Virus record (IMG/VR): IMGVR_UViG_3300009093_000035
Location: 1-64,000 of that record
Length of the DNA stretch: 64,000 nt
Reading direction: 5' to 3' (one strand)
A program made the position numbers and the translations under genes. Below the pieces are notes generated by a model. The model did no database searches, was not told where the DNA came from, and saw only the letters and a list, made by a program, of their open reading frames with translations. Positions 16,184-25,765 of the stretch are shown here, one piece after another. How positions within the stretch are numbered: position 1 is the stretch's first letter; each line of letters begins with the position of its first letter.

Positions 16184-17731
16184 TCAGAGGCTCTTCTTCG
16201 TCTCCATGAAGCGGGAAGCGACGCGGATCGAGGCCGTTCGATCGCGGAACGCGTTCAAGACCGAGATCAGTTCGTAGACGTCATCGTACTCTCGGAGCCC
16301 GACGATCATCTCAGGCTCGTAGAGGCCGAGAATCTTTTCGCGCTCCTCGTCGGAGCACCCCACGAGGAACTTCGTCTCGTCGGGGACGAGGGTCTCTCCG
16401 TCCTCCGACGGCTTCATCTTCAAGAAGCTCTCGATCTTCCCCTCGGGGTCTTCCCCTACGAAGGCGTCGAGCCCCTCCTCGTCCTCCCCAGTGTGACCCA
16501 CGAAGTAGCCGTAGTCGACCGGGTAGGTGTACTTCTTCACCGAGCCGTCGTCCTGGGGCCACTCCTTCTTGTAGCCCTTCGGACGGTCGATCTCGAAGGT
16601 GAACGGTCCCCAGCGCTTCGTATCGAGAGCGACCTTCAGCGCGTGGATCTTTGCGACCCGAACCGAGGCCGCTACTCGGATCGAAGAAGCCATTCTCGAA
16701 GCGGAAGCCGACTTCTGACCGGCGTAGAACCAGTCGATGTGGCGTTCGCCCTCCTTCGGAAGCGGGCGTTCCTTCCAGTGGGTACGAAGGCGCTCGAAGG
16801 CGTCTCTCTCGGCCTCTTCCGCTTGGAGGCTACCCTCGACCTCATCGATCTCGTTCTGGAGGTAGGTCCCCCACTTGGGGTCGTCAGGGGTGACGATCTT
16901 CGGAGAGGCTCGACCGATGTTGAGCGTCTTCATGTCCCCCGATTTCAGACTGGCGAGACGACGCTTCAGCCCTTCGACGATTGGGATCAACTGCTGAGCG
17001 AGGTAGTCCGAGACCCCCTTCGGAGAGACCTCGAAGGGCTCGTAGCCGACGCCGAAGCACTTGCCGTGAACCGTCCCCGAACCGGGACGCTTGTACCCGT
17101 GGAGGACGAGCTTCCCTCCCGCCAGCTTCACGTTCTGGAAGCACACGGGACAAGACCCAGTCTGATCCCTCGTTCGAGCAGCCGCCGGAATGTGGTCTTC
17201 CATCCCCAGGAACTTGATAGCCCGGTCTACCCAATCCGTGTTCTTCGTCAACCACTCGATCGCGATGTGGGTCGGGAAGGGCTTCTTCTGAGGCCCTTCC
17301 CTGTCGTAGTGGCGCAACTCCGGAAGGTTGTACTGGCTGGGGAAGAGATCGATCTTCTGACTCCCCAGCTCGATCCGAACGCCGTTCGCCCCGATGGAAG
17401 ACTCGGTGTCGATGTAGAAGACACCGTTCTTTGGATCGGGAGGAGAAATCTTCGTGACGTAGATCACCCCTACCTTCGGCTTCGAGGGGGGACTCGAAAC
17501 GTAGAGCGACTTCAGGAACTTCGTGATCGTTTCGGCTTCCTCAGGCGTCTCCGCCATGAGGTGAGACTTCCGGCCTGGGGTGTCTTGAGAGACGAGACCC
17601 ACGATCGGAGTGATGGAGCCCCCGAACGTCTCCAGGATGGCCGCGATCTGAGGGAGGGAGAAGCTGGCGGTCGCGCCCTTGCGCAACTTCAACATCAGCT
17701 CGTTCAGCTTCTCGGGAGTGATCGCAGCCAT
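16184..17731 (-). CDS. multidomain protein with C-terminal inorganic pyrophosphatase-like domain
   Basis: IDRPKG...YPVDYGYF..HTGEDEEGLDAFVG...DETK; central CPVC...HGY..P...C.G module. Confidence 0.7.
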   Translation of the reverse strand: MAAITPEKLNELMLKLRKGATASFSLPQIAAILETFGGSITPIVGLVSQDTPGRKSHLMAETPEEAETITKFLKSLYVSSPPSKPKVGVIYVTKISPPDPKNGVFYIDTESSIGANGVRIELGSQKIDLFPSQYNLPELRHYDREGPQKKPFPTHIAIEWLTKNTDWVDRAIKFLGMEDHIPAAARTRDQTGSCPVCFQNVKLAGGKLVLHGYKRPGSGTVHGKCFGVGYEPFEVSPKGVSDYLAQQLIPIVEGLKRRLASLKSGDMKTLNIGRASPKIVTPDDPKWGTYLQNEIDEVEGSLQAEEAERDAFERLRTHWKERPLPKEGERHIDWFYAGQKSASASRMASSIRVAASVRVAKIHALKVALDTKRWGPFTFEIDRPKGYKKEWPQDDGSVKKYTYPVDYGYFVGHTGEDEEGLDAFVGEDPEGKIESFLKMKPSEDGETLVPDETKFLVGCSDEEREKILGLYEPEMIVGLREYDDVYELISVLNAFRDRTASIRVASRFMETKKSL

Positions 17732-17769
17732 ATCACCAACCCGCTCTCAATAGACGGGAGAACGGTTGG

Positions 17770-18111
17770 TCAGGCGGGGTGGCGAGTGATGACGCCTCGG
17801 GGGATGTCGATCGCCGTGAGAGCGAACCTCCCGCCCTCCTCGTACTTCGCCTTGATCTGACCGAGGACCCCTTCGAGTTCCCTCTGGCGATTCTGGAGGT
17901 GAAGTTGGGCGTTCAAGATCCGCTCCTGTGCCAGCTGAGCCGAGACGGAGTCCTCTCGGGCGAGGACGACCTCTACCGAGCCCGGAGGGGGCGTAGGAGC
18001 GGTCCCGGGCGCGGGGGCCGGCGCCGCCGTGGCGGCCTGGGGCGTAGGAGCCGCGGGGACGTTCGCCACGACGGTCGCCTTCTCGGGGTTTCCGGTCTTC
18101 TTCATGGTCAT
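17770..18111 (-). CDS. hypothetical coiled-coil protein
   Basis: AP-rich linker followed by a Q/L-rich helix. Confidence 0.55.
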   Translation of the reverse strand: MTMKKTGNPEKATVVANVPAAPTPQAATAAPAPAPGTAPTPPPGSVEVVLAREDSVSAQLAQERILNAQLHLQNRQRELEGVLGQIKAKYEEGGRFALTAIDIPRGVITRHPA

Positions 18112-18116
18112 CTTCC

Positions 18117-18776
18117 TTACTTCGCAGCCTTCATCTTCGCCGACCAATCGAGGACCGTGTTCCAGTTCTCGTTGAAGCGACGCGTCTGAGCCTCGGGGGA
18201 GAGGGCAGCCAACTCGATCGGGATGATTGGGTTAACGTTGATCTCGAAGTTGCACTTCGTCCGGTAGTGGTCGAGACCGTTCGCCTGACGCCATCCGGAC
18301 GAGAAGTACCCGAAGGTGTGCTCGACGAAGAAACGGCGGTGAGTGGGATCCTGGAATCCACGATTGCTTCGAGCGTTCGGGACGTAGATGTCCATCAACG
18401 CCCCCGGCTTCAGAATCCGCCAACACTCGTCGATGAAGGCGAAAAGGAAGTCCTTCCCGAGGAGTTCTTGGCGTAGCTCGCCGACCGCCTCCGGATAGAG
18501 ATCTCTCTCCTCCACCTCACGCATCGGAAGGTGTTCGAGGAAGTGAGAGCTGTAGATCTCATCTACCGAATTGTCAGCCCAAGGGAGTGGGAACTTCCAG
18601 AGGTCGACCTTGTGCTGAGCGTTCGGAGCGTAGAGGTCCACCCCCTCGTACCCCTCCTTCGGGTGCTGACCGCATCCGAAGTCGAGCTTCACGGCCTTCG
18701 GCTCCTTGTAGAGGGAAGGCTTCCGGGCGAGCGTCTTCAGAGAGGACTTCTTGGCGGCTTTCTTCTTCACGTTCAT
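18117..18776 (-). CDS. class I SAM-dependent methyltransferase
   Basis: KLDFGCG, SVDEIYSSHFLEH, ECWRILKPG and DPTH. Confidence 0.9.
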   Translation of the reverse strand: MNVKKKAAKKSSLKTLARKPSLYKEPKAVKLDFGCGQHPKEGYEGVDLYAPNAQHKVDLWKFPLPWADNSVDEIYSSHFLEHLPMREVEERDLYPEAVGELRQELLGKDFLFAFIDECWRILKPGALMDIYVPNARSNRGFQDPTHRRFFVEHTFGYFSSGWRQANGLDHYRTKCNFEINVNPIIPIELAALSPEAQTRRFNENWNTVLDWSAKMKAAK

Positions 18777-18782
18777 ACCCCG

Positions 18783-19604
18783 TCAGTAGACGATTCCAGT
18801 GTTGATATCCATGTGTCCGACGCGGACCCTCATGTCCACGGCGAACCGCTTCCCCTTCCGCCGAGCCCGCTCGCAGAAGTACAGATCTTGGGTCATGATC
18901 ATCGGCCCCTTCTCAGGGACGACGTCACCTACCGTGACGAACCATGGACCTGGAATCTCTCTCAAGAGATCGATCCGATAGAGGCTACAGCCCATGGCGA
19001 TCCCGTTGACCTCCATGATAGAGCCGGTCGCGAGCGCGCCGCGAATGTCCCTCGGGCGGAAGTCCAGAACGCTTGTGTTCTTGTAGACCTCCGGGTCTCC
19101 GTAGGCCATGGGCATGTTGAGGTCGCCCTTCGTCCAGTACAGCCCCCCTACTGCGTCGAAGGGGCCCGTCTCGATCGACTCCAAAAGTCGAATGTGGGCG
19201 TCTGGAGGAGGAAGGTTGTCGTCTTCGAGGGTGAGGACGTACTTCCACTTCGATAGCTCGGGATGAGCGAGGATCTGGGAGATCATCTGGTTGTAGGCCT
19301 GGCCTACCTCGTCCCCAGTGATGAACATCCAGGCCCGCTTCTGGTTCATCGGACCGATGAGGTTCATCCAGGCTGAGATCACTCGATGATTCACCATCCC
19401 CCTCGTCGGGACGAGAATCACGGTGGAGGAATCCTTGTAGGTAGCCCCATGCTGAAGGCTGACCCTTTTGTACCCTAGCCCCTCCTCCTGATCCTGGATC
19501 AACTGAACGGCGTTCTCGATCGGTCTCATCTCCGAGAGAGGATCGAAAGGCTTGCCGAAGGATACGGTAGCGAGAGCTTTGCTCTTTCGCTTCTTAGGAG
19601 GCAT
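18783..19604 (-). CDS. GT-A (family 2-like) glycosyltransferase
   Basis: ILVPTRG, YVLTLEDD (DxD-like), GIAMGCSL, QDLYFC and VGH. Confidence 0.8.
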   Translation of the reverse strand: MPPKKRKSKALATVSFGKPFDPLSEMRPIENAVQLIQDQEEGLGYKRVSLQHGATYKDSSTVILVPTRGMVNHRVISAWMNLIGPMNQKRAWMFITGDEVGQAYNQMISQILAHPELSKWKYVLTLEDDNLPPPDAHIRLLESIETGPFDAVGGLYWTKGDLNMPMAYGDPEVYKNTSVLDFRPRDIRGALATGSIMEVNGIAMGCSLYRIDLLREIPGPWFVTVGDVVPEKGPMIMTQDLYFCERARRKGKRFAVDMRVRVGHMDINTGIVY

Positions 19605-19638
19605 CTCGGCTACCGTACCTACGACCTGGGTCGCCCTA

Positions 19639-22600
19639 TCAGACTCTGGTAGCGAATTTGAGATACGGAACGACCGACTGGTTAGCCGAGACGTTGCTCA
19701 AGGTGATGATCTGGCTGACACCAGTGCTAGCAGCGGTGTAGATACCGGCCCCGAGATGCCAGTTACCTCCCAAATCCAGTAGAGCGTTCGTACCACTGGT
19801 GAAGGCGGTGGCTGCTGAGCCCATGGGCGCTAGGGCAGTAAGGCTCTGGTTCGCTCCCAACAGAGATACGAGAATTCCTCTCCCAGCCACCGACGAGGAA
19901 GAAGCGCGGTAATGGAGTCCGAGCCAGTAGTGTCCCGGGGTCAGTACGGTATTGAGACCCAGGTTGAACTGCTTCAGACCTGTGTAGTTTGTGGAGATAT
20001 TACCCGCTGCAGAGGTAGATACACTTCCTGTACTGTATACACCGCTGGCGTTCGTCGCGGTGACCTGGTTGATCGTGATCGACGAGTTCTGGTAGGAAAC
20101 GCCGAACGACAGAGAGGACGTCGCGAATCCGAAGATCTGAGTGCTGTTGGCCCCGGTCGCGCGAGTGTAGAGGCCCCACTGGAAAGATCCGCTCTGGGAC
20201 CAAGACTCGACCACGCCGGAGGTCGAGAGGTTCATGCTGACGATGACTGCGGCGTACTCGGCCGAAACAGCCTGAGGGAGGTCGAAGGGAACGAACGTCA
20301 TTGCAGCCGAGGTCGAGTTCGACATGGCGATCGTCGCCGTACCCGTCTGGACACCCAGCGGGTAGGGCTCGTACGAGGCCAAGGTCGGAGCCCCGTACGA
20401 CGCCGTGATCGTCCCTGAACTCAGACCGAAGCTGATGTTGCCCGATCCGGAGCTAGAGAGAACCATCAAGCTGAGAGAGTTCGCGGTTCCTGGAACCGAG
20501 ACTCGGAAGAACGGAATCGGAGCGATCGAACCTCCTGCGGTCTGCCAAGAGACCTGGCCCGTGTCGGGGAAAATCGCCGTCCCGTTGGTGTACACGGTAT
20601 TGGCTGCGGCACCGGGGAACGAGATGGCTCCGAAGTTTCCGGTTGCGGAAGCTCCGGCCGGGACGCTGATCCCGAGCTTGTTCCCGCTCGGGTTGACCCA
20701 AGAAGCGTTCGGATTGTCTTGGAGGTCGATCCCAGGACCTGTAAGAGTACTGCCAACTCCAGTGGCATTCAGGGCCGTAATAGCCTGGAAAGTAGCGCTC
20801 GCCCCGAGCTTCGCCCCGTCCCAGTTCCAGGTGACGTTGTTCGAGTTGGCGAACGACATCTGAGAAACGTCGCTCTGAGTCGTGCCTGCGATCACGCGGA
20901 AGGCGAAACTTCCGGTCATCTGACTCGACCCGCTCATGCCGAACGAGACGTTGTTCGAGTTCGCGAAGACCATCGTACCGGTCGACACGGACTGGGTACC
21001 AGCCGAAAGAGCTATGCCACCGCCACCTCCCGGGGAGACGCTGGCGGTAACCGTTCCGGCGTTCAACCCGAACGTCACTCCGTTTCCGTTAGCAAAAGCA
21101 AGGGAGTTCAGGTTGTTCGAAGTCGTCCCAGCGGAAACGTTGAAGACGTAAGAGCCAGTGATTTGAGAAGACCCGCTCATCCCGAACGACATGTTGTTCG
21201 AGTTCGAGAGAACGACGGTCCCGCTCGTACCGGTCTGGGTACCCGCGGCCAAGGCTCCGAAGTTTCCGGTCGCGGTCGCGCCAGCCCCAACCGAGGCCGT
21301 CATCGTCCCCGCGTTCAGACCGAAGGAAAGCCCGTTGCCGTTCGCGAACGAAACCGAGTTCAGGTTGTTCGAGGTTGTGCCGGCGGAGAAGTTGAAGTTA
21401 TAAGAGGCGGTAAGCTGGGTGCTGTTCGAGATCCCGAACGAGATGTTGTTCGAGTTGGCGATGACAAGTGTACCGGACGAGGCGGTCCCGGTAACACCTG
21501 CGACGATCGCCCCGAAGTTACCAGTAGCGGTCGCCCCTGCCGCAACGGCGGCTGTGACCGTGCCGGCGTTGAGACCGAAGCTTACGGCTCCAGCTCCAAC
21601 TCCGTCCTTGAGGAAGACGGCGTTCAGGTTGTTCGAGGTCGTGCCGGCGGAGAAATTGAAGTTGTAGCTTCCGGTAACCTGGGTAGAACCAGACATCCCG
21701 AACGTGAGGTTGTTCGAGTTCGCGAGGACTACGGTCCCGCTCGTACCAGTCTGGGTTCCTGCCGCGAGGGCTCCGAAGTTTCCGGTCGCGGTAACACCGG
21801 GTCCGATAGTGGCTGTGATTGTCCCCGCGTTCAGACCGAAGCTGATTCCGTTGCCGTCTCCGAACGTAACGGCGTTCACGTTCCCCGAAGTCGTTCCTGC
21901 GGAGACGTTGAAGTTGTAGGAACCGGTGATCTGGGTCGAGCCCGACATGCCGAACGACATGTTGTTCGAGTTCGAGAGAACCACCGTACCGCTGGTGCCA
22001 GTCTGAGTTCCGGCTCCGAGCGCGCCGAAGTTTCCGGTGGCGGTAGCCCCAGCTCCGACGCTCGCCGTCATCGCCGAGGCGTTCAAACCGAAGCTGACTC
22101 CGTTCCCGTTCGCGAAAGTGATCGCGTTCAGATTGTTCGAAGTCGTACCTGCAGAGAAGTTGAAGGCGTATGAGGCGGTGACCTGGGAGGAACCGCTCAT
22201 CCCGAACGACAGGTTGTTCGAGTTCGCGTAGATGACGGTGCCCGTCGAAACGGACTGAGTTCCGGCCGAGATCCCGACGCCCGCTCCGCTCGGGGCTACA
22301 CTCGCCGTGATCGTTCCGGCGTTCAGTCCGAAGCTGACACCATTCCCGTTCGCGAAGGTAACAGCGTTGATGTTGCCGGAAGTCGTACCTGCAGAGACGT
22401 TGAAGTTGTAGGAGCCGGTAACCTGCGTCGATCCGCTCATCCCGAACGTGAGGTTGTTCGAATTCGAGAAGACGACGGTTCCCGAAGTCCCGGTCTGAGT
22501 CCCTGCGGCCAGGGCTCCGAAGTTCCCCGTAGCCGTGGCTCCTGCGCCTACGGAAGCCGTCAACGTAGAAGCGTTGAGACCGAAAGAGACCCCTCCCCCG

Positions 22601-23355
22601 TTCGCGAACGTCACCGCGTTCAGGTTGTTCGAAGTCGCGCCAGCCGAGATATTGAAGTTGTAGGACCCAGTGATCTGGGTAGACCCGCTCATCCCGAAGG
22701 AGAGGTTGTTCGAGTTGGAGAACGCGACCGTTCCCGACGTCGCTGTCTGAGTTCCCGCTCCGAGGGCTCCGAAGTTCCCCGTTGCGGTCGCTCCGGCCCC
22801 TACCGAGGCGGTTACCGTTCCGGCGTTCAGCCCGAAGGAAACGCCTCCTCCGTTGGCCAGGGTGACGGCGTTCAGGTTGTTCGAGGTCGTACCCGCCGAG
22901 ACGTTGAAGACGTAGGTCGCGGTGACGACCGATCCGTTCAACCCGAAGGAAAGCCCGTTCCCGTTCGCGAACGTAACAGCGTTCAGGTTGTTGGACGTCG
23001 TACCGGCGGAGAAGTTGAAGTTGTACGACCCCGTGATGATCGAACTGTTCGAGAGCCCGAACGACAGGTTGTTCGAGTTCGAAAGGAGGATCGTGCCCGA
23101 CGTTCCTGTCTGAGTCCCGGCGGCGAACCCACCCAGGTTGCCGGTTGCGGTAGCTCCCGCCCCAACGCTCGCGGTGATGACGGAGGAGTTGGACATCCCG
23201 AACGAAACGCCGTTCGAGTTCGAAAGGACCATCGTCCCGGTGACCGCAAGCTGTGTTCCGGCCGACAGAACGACGGCATTGGACAGCACATCCGCAGCTT
23301 GTAGCTGCTGGGGAAGTCCATCGGAACCTACTACTAGCGGCTTTCGAGCAGTCAA
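19639..23355 (-). CDS. long Ser/Thr/Asn/Gly-rich repeat tail fibre-like protein (1238 aa, TTG start)
   Basis: Internal ~80-aa repeats and a unique C-terminal domain; N-terminal PL...G.PQQL...D shared with 23419-25338. Confidence 0.75.
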   Translation of the reverse strand: MTARKPLVVGSDGLPQQLQAADVLSNAVVLSAGTQLAVTGTMVLSNSNGVSFGMSNSSVITASVGAGATATGNLGGFAAGTQTGTSGTILLSNSNNLSFGLSNSSIITGSYNFNFSAGTTSNNLNAVTFANGNGLSFGLNGSVVTATYVFNVSAGTTSNNLNAVTLANGGGVSFGLNAGTVTASVGAGATATGNFGALGAGTQTATSGTVAFSNSNNLSFGMSGSTQITGSYNFNISAGATSNNLNAVTFANGGGVSFGLNASTLTASVGAGATATGNFGALAAGTQTGTSGTVVFSNSNNLTFGMSGSTQVTGSYNFNVSAGTTSGNINAVTFANGNGVSFGLNAGTITASVAPSGAGVGISAGTQSVSTGTVIYANSNNLSFGMSGSSQVTASYAFNFSAGTTSNNLNAITFANGNGVSFGLNASAMTASVGAGATATGNFGALGAGTQTGTSGTVVLSNSNNMSFGMSGSTQITGSYNFNVSAGTTSGNVNAVTFGDGNGISFGLNAGTITATIGPGVTATGNFGALAAGTQTGTSGTVVLANSNNLTFGMSGSTQVTGSYNFNFSAGTTSNNLNAVFLKDGVGAGAVSFGLNAGTVTAAVAAGATATGNFGAIVAGVTGTASSGTLVIANSNNISFGISNSTQLTASYNFNFSAGTTSNNLNSVSFANGNGLSFGLNAGTMTASVGAGATATGNFGALAAGTQTGTSGTVVLSNSNNMSFGMSGSSQITGSYVFNVSAGTTSNNLNSLAFANGNGVTFGLNAGTVTASVSPGGGGGIALSAGTQSVSTGTMVFANSNNVSFGMSGSSQMTGSFAFRVIAGTTQSDVSQMSFANSNNVTWNWDGAKLGASATFQAITALNATGVGSTLTGPGIDLQDNPNASWVNPSGNKLGISVPAGASATGNFGAISFPGAAANTVYTNGTAIFPDTGQVSWQTAGGSIAPIPFFRVSVPGTANSLSLMVLSSSGSGNISFGLSSGTITASYGAPTLASYEPYPLGVQTGTATIAMSNSTSAAMTFVPFDLPQAVSAEYAAVIVSMNLSTSGVVESWSQSGSFQWGLYTRATGANSTQIFGFATSSLSFGVSYQNSSITINQVTATNASGVYSTGSVSTSAAGNISTNYTGLKQFNLGLNTVLTPGHYWLGLHYRASSSSVAGRGILVSLLGANQSLTALAPMGSAATAFTSGTNALLDLGGNWHLGAGIYTAASTGVSQIITLSNVSANQSVVPYLKFATRV
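20630..23270 (-). repeat. coding tandem repeats of the fibre protein
   Basis: Eight copies of G(A/V)(T/S)ATGN(F/L)G plus recurring SNSNNxxFGMSGSxQxTxS and SAGTTSxNxNAVTFxNGxG blocks. Confidence 0.85.
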
Positions 23356-23369
23356 GACTTCTCCGAGGG

Positions 23370-23401
23370 GTACGCGAAGCCGAACTAACGGCCTCGCATA
23401 C
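23370..23401 (-). promoter_or_regulatory. 13-bp stem hairpin upstream of the fibre gene RBS
   Basis: Minus strand GTATGCGAGGCCG-TTAGTT-CGGCTTCGCGTAC (two G-U pairs). Confidence 0.5.
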
Positions 23402-23418
23402 GGGGCCCGAAAGAAGGA

Positions 23419-25338
23419 TCAGAGAAGGATCGGGGTTCCGATCTGAAGAATCATCGGAACGTCCACGCCCGCCCCGCCGTTTCCAGTCCGGGCAATTCCC
23501 ACCGGGGCAACCACCTGTCCAACCGTCACCGGAGCAACGTTCGTCACCTTTCCGGCCTCGGCTGCGGAGACATAGAGCCGGTCCCCGGCCGCAACGGTGA
23601 TGGTGGACTCGACGTTCTGATTCTCGATCGTGCCCTGGATCGTCATCGATCCTGCAACACCCTCGTTCGCTCCGAACACGATCGACGCCGCGAGAGAAGT
23701 GGCGATCGCCTTCTGAACGCGGTTCGCAGTCGTCGTGAGGTAACCGAGGTCGCCGTCTCCCAGGGTGTTCGTGGTCGTATCGAACCCCGTCAGAACGAGC
23801 TGAGAGCCCGTAACGGTAGTGTGAGTGTGAAGAGCGTCGGCGTTCGAGGTCGAACCAGCGGTCAGCGTCCCGAGGTTCGCCGAAGTGACGTTCGCCGAGA
23901 CAGCGACCGTTTCGATCTGGAACCGAGCCGAACCGTTGTTCGGAAGGTTGATGTTGCCGGTCGAGGTCGTCGTGAGCGTCGCGCCGGCCTGAACCGTCAC
24001 CGCCGTACCCGCAGCGCTCACTACAACCGCTGTCGTACCGTTGCCTTGGAGGTTGATACCTCCGACGCCGTTCACCGTCAGAGCGCCCGCGAGAGTGCTC
24101 CAAGTCGCCGCGACGGCCGAGGTGAGGGTCAGGGCGCCCGTAGAGGTTGCGAAGCTCGAAGCCGCCGCCGAGGTCAGGGAGATACCGCCCGCGCCCGCCG
24201 TAGTGACGGAGAAGGCCTGACCGCTGGTCGGGGTCGAGGTCATCGCTCCGGCCGCCGAGATCACGAGAACGTCAGTACCGTTGTCCTGGACCTGGAGGGC
24301 GCTTCCGGTTCCGACGTTGTTGACGAAAGCCGCCGTTCCGGTGACGCTCGCGCCCGTCGTGACAACAAGACTCCGACCACCGCCCGCGAACGTACGGGTG
24401 ACCGTCAGAGTGTCGGTCGTGTCGGTCGTGTTCGTGAAGCTGATCGTTCCGCTACCGGTGACGACCGAGATCGAGTTACCGGCGGTGTAGGCCTGCTGGA
24501 GGGTCGGAGTCCCACCCGTAGCGAGCTGGGTCCAGGCCGTAGCGCTAGCTCCGGTCTTCAGCCACAGCTGACCGGCCGCAGCGGTCGTACGGTGGTAGAT
24601 CGAGCCTTCCGAGGGAGTCGCGCCACCGTCGAGAGGACCGACCGAGGACGGGTCGGAGGTTCCGACGAAGTGGACTGCCGTACCGGCGGCCTGGGTCATC
24701 TTCAAGATCGGACGATCGGTTCCGGAGGTTCCGCTCGCGGTCGCCGTTGTCGTCACGATCACGTTTCCGGGAACGCCCGACGTCACCGTTCCGCCGGTGA
24801 GAGTGATCTGACCACCGTTACCGGAGGTAGAACCACCCGCGCCCGCCGTGACAGCGACGCCACCGCCTACGCCTGTCGTACCGCCCGAGCCCGCGGAGAA
24901 CGTAGCGAGACCACCGTTACCGGAGGTCGCACCGGTTCCGGAAGTGATCGTCAGGGCTCCGCCGGCTGCAGTCGCCGTTGTCGAGGTCTGGACGAGAACC
25001 GAGTGAGCCGCTTCCTTCCGGAAGGTGAGGTTGTTCAGGATCCCGGCCGTCACGGTCAGGGAGTCGGTGATGGCGTCGCCGATCACCGTATCACCGTTGA
25101 ACGTCGCCGTCGTCGTCACGGTCATCGTACCCGGGACGTTCACCTGCGTCGTCGAGTTACCGATGTTGATCGTTGTGACGCTCACACCGTTCATGTTGAT
25201 GACGGTGGTGGCGGCATCCGAGCCGATCCCTAGTGTCGTACCGGAGCGCGGCGCGATACCGTCAGCTTGGACGATGTCGGTGGACGCCAGCTGTTGCGGC
25301 GTTCCGGTTACGATCTTCAACGGGATAGCATTCGCCAT
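23419..25338 (-). CDS. Thr/Gly/Ala-rich virion fibre/structural protein
   Basis: GGx(L/V)xxxxG repeats; C-terminal AGDRLYVSAAEAGKVTNVAP..G...PVGIA module. Confidence 0.7.
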   Translation of the reverse strand: MANAIPLKIVTGTPQQLASTDIVQADGIAPRSGTTLGIGSDAATTVINMNGVSVTTINIGNSTTQVNVPGTMTVTTTATFNGDTVIGDAITDSLTVTAGILNNLTFRKEAAHSVLVQTSTTATAAGGALTITSGTGATSGNGGLATFSAGSGGTTGVGGGVAVTAGAGGSTSGNGGQITLTGGTVTSGVPGNVIVTTTATASGTSGTDRPILKMTQAAGTAVHFVGTSDPSSVGPLDGGATPSEGSIYHRTTAAAGQLWLKTGASATAWTQLATGGTPTLQQAYTAGNSISVVTGSGTISFTNTTDTTDTLTVTRTFAGGGRSLVVTTGASVTGTAAFVNNVGTGSALQVQDNGTDVLVISAAGAMTSTPTSGQAFSVTTAGAGGISLTSAAASSFATSTGALTLTSAVAATWSTLAGALTVNGVGGINLQGNGTTAVVVSAAGTAVTVQAGATLTTTSTGNINLPNNGSARFQIETVAVSANVTSANLGTLTAGSTSNADALHTHTTVTGSQLVLTGFDTTTNTLGDGDLGYLTTTANRVQKAIATSLAASIVFGANEGVAGSMTIQGTIENQNVESTITVAAGDRLYVSAAEAGKVTNVAPVTVGQVVAPVGIARTGNGGAGVDVPMILQIGTPILL

Positions 25339-25405
25339 TTGAGCCTTCTTTTCGCGGTGAGGCGAAGGAAACGGGTGGAAAGCTCAAAGGGAAGGAAAGA
25401 ACCGA

Positions 25406-25729
25406 CTACCGAAAGAACTGATCGAGGTCGACGTTCGCGATCGGACGCGTATCCGTGACATCCACCCAGACCTGGCCTCTCGGGGGTTTCACACCGTCAC
25501 GAGAGACACCTTGGGGGATATGAAAGTGGATGAGATAGGTCATCGCCGTCGCGTTCGTCGTCTGACAAACGTCGGTGTCGTTGATCGTGATGGTGGGACA
25601 GAGCCCCGGACCGTTGATGGTCTTCCCCTCGTTCGTGTCGAAGCCGACTCGGAACGAGAACTTCCCGTCTTCCGTGTACCAGGAATCAATCACTTCCTGG
25701 GTCAGCATGTATCGTCGAGGGTCGGCCAT
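25406..25729 (-). CDS. hypothetical protein in the structural cluster
   Basis: 107 aa; CTAT motif upstream. Confidence 0.55.
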   Translation of the reverse strand: MADPRRYMLTQEVIDSWYTEDGKFSFRVGFDTNEGKTINGPGLCPTITINDTDVCQTTNATAMTYLIHFHIPQGVSRDGVKPPRGQVWVDVTDTRPIANVDLDQFFR

Positions 25730-25765
25730 GTTCTCACTACTCGAAATGTATAGAAACTTCGGGGC

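Noticed and set aside
20630-23270. CRISPR array or DGR template/variable repeats
   Set aside because: Repeats are in-frame coding units with synonymous variation, no unique spacers, no adenine-specific pattern, and no cas or reverse transcriptase gene in the window.
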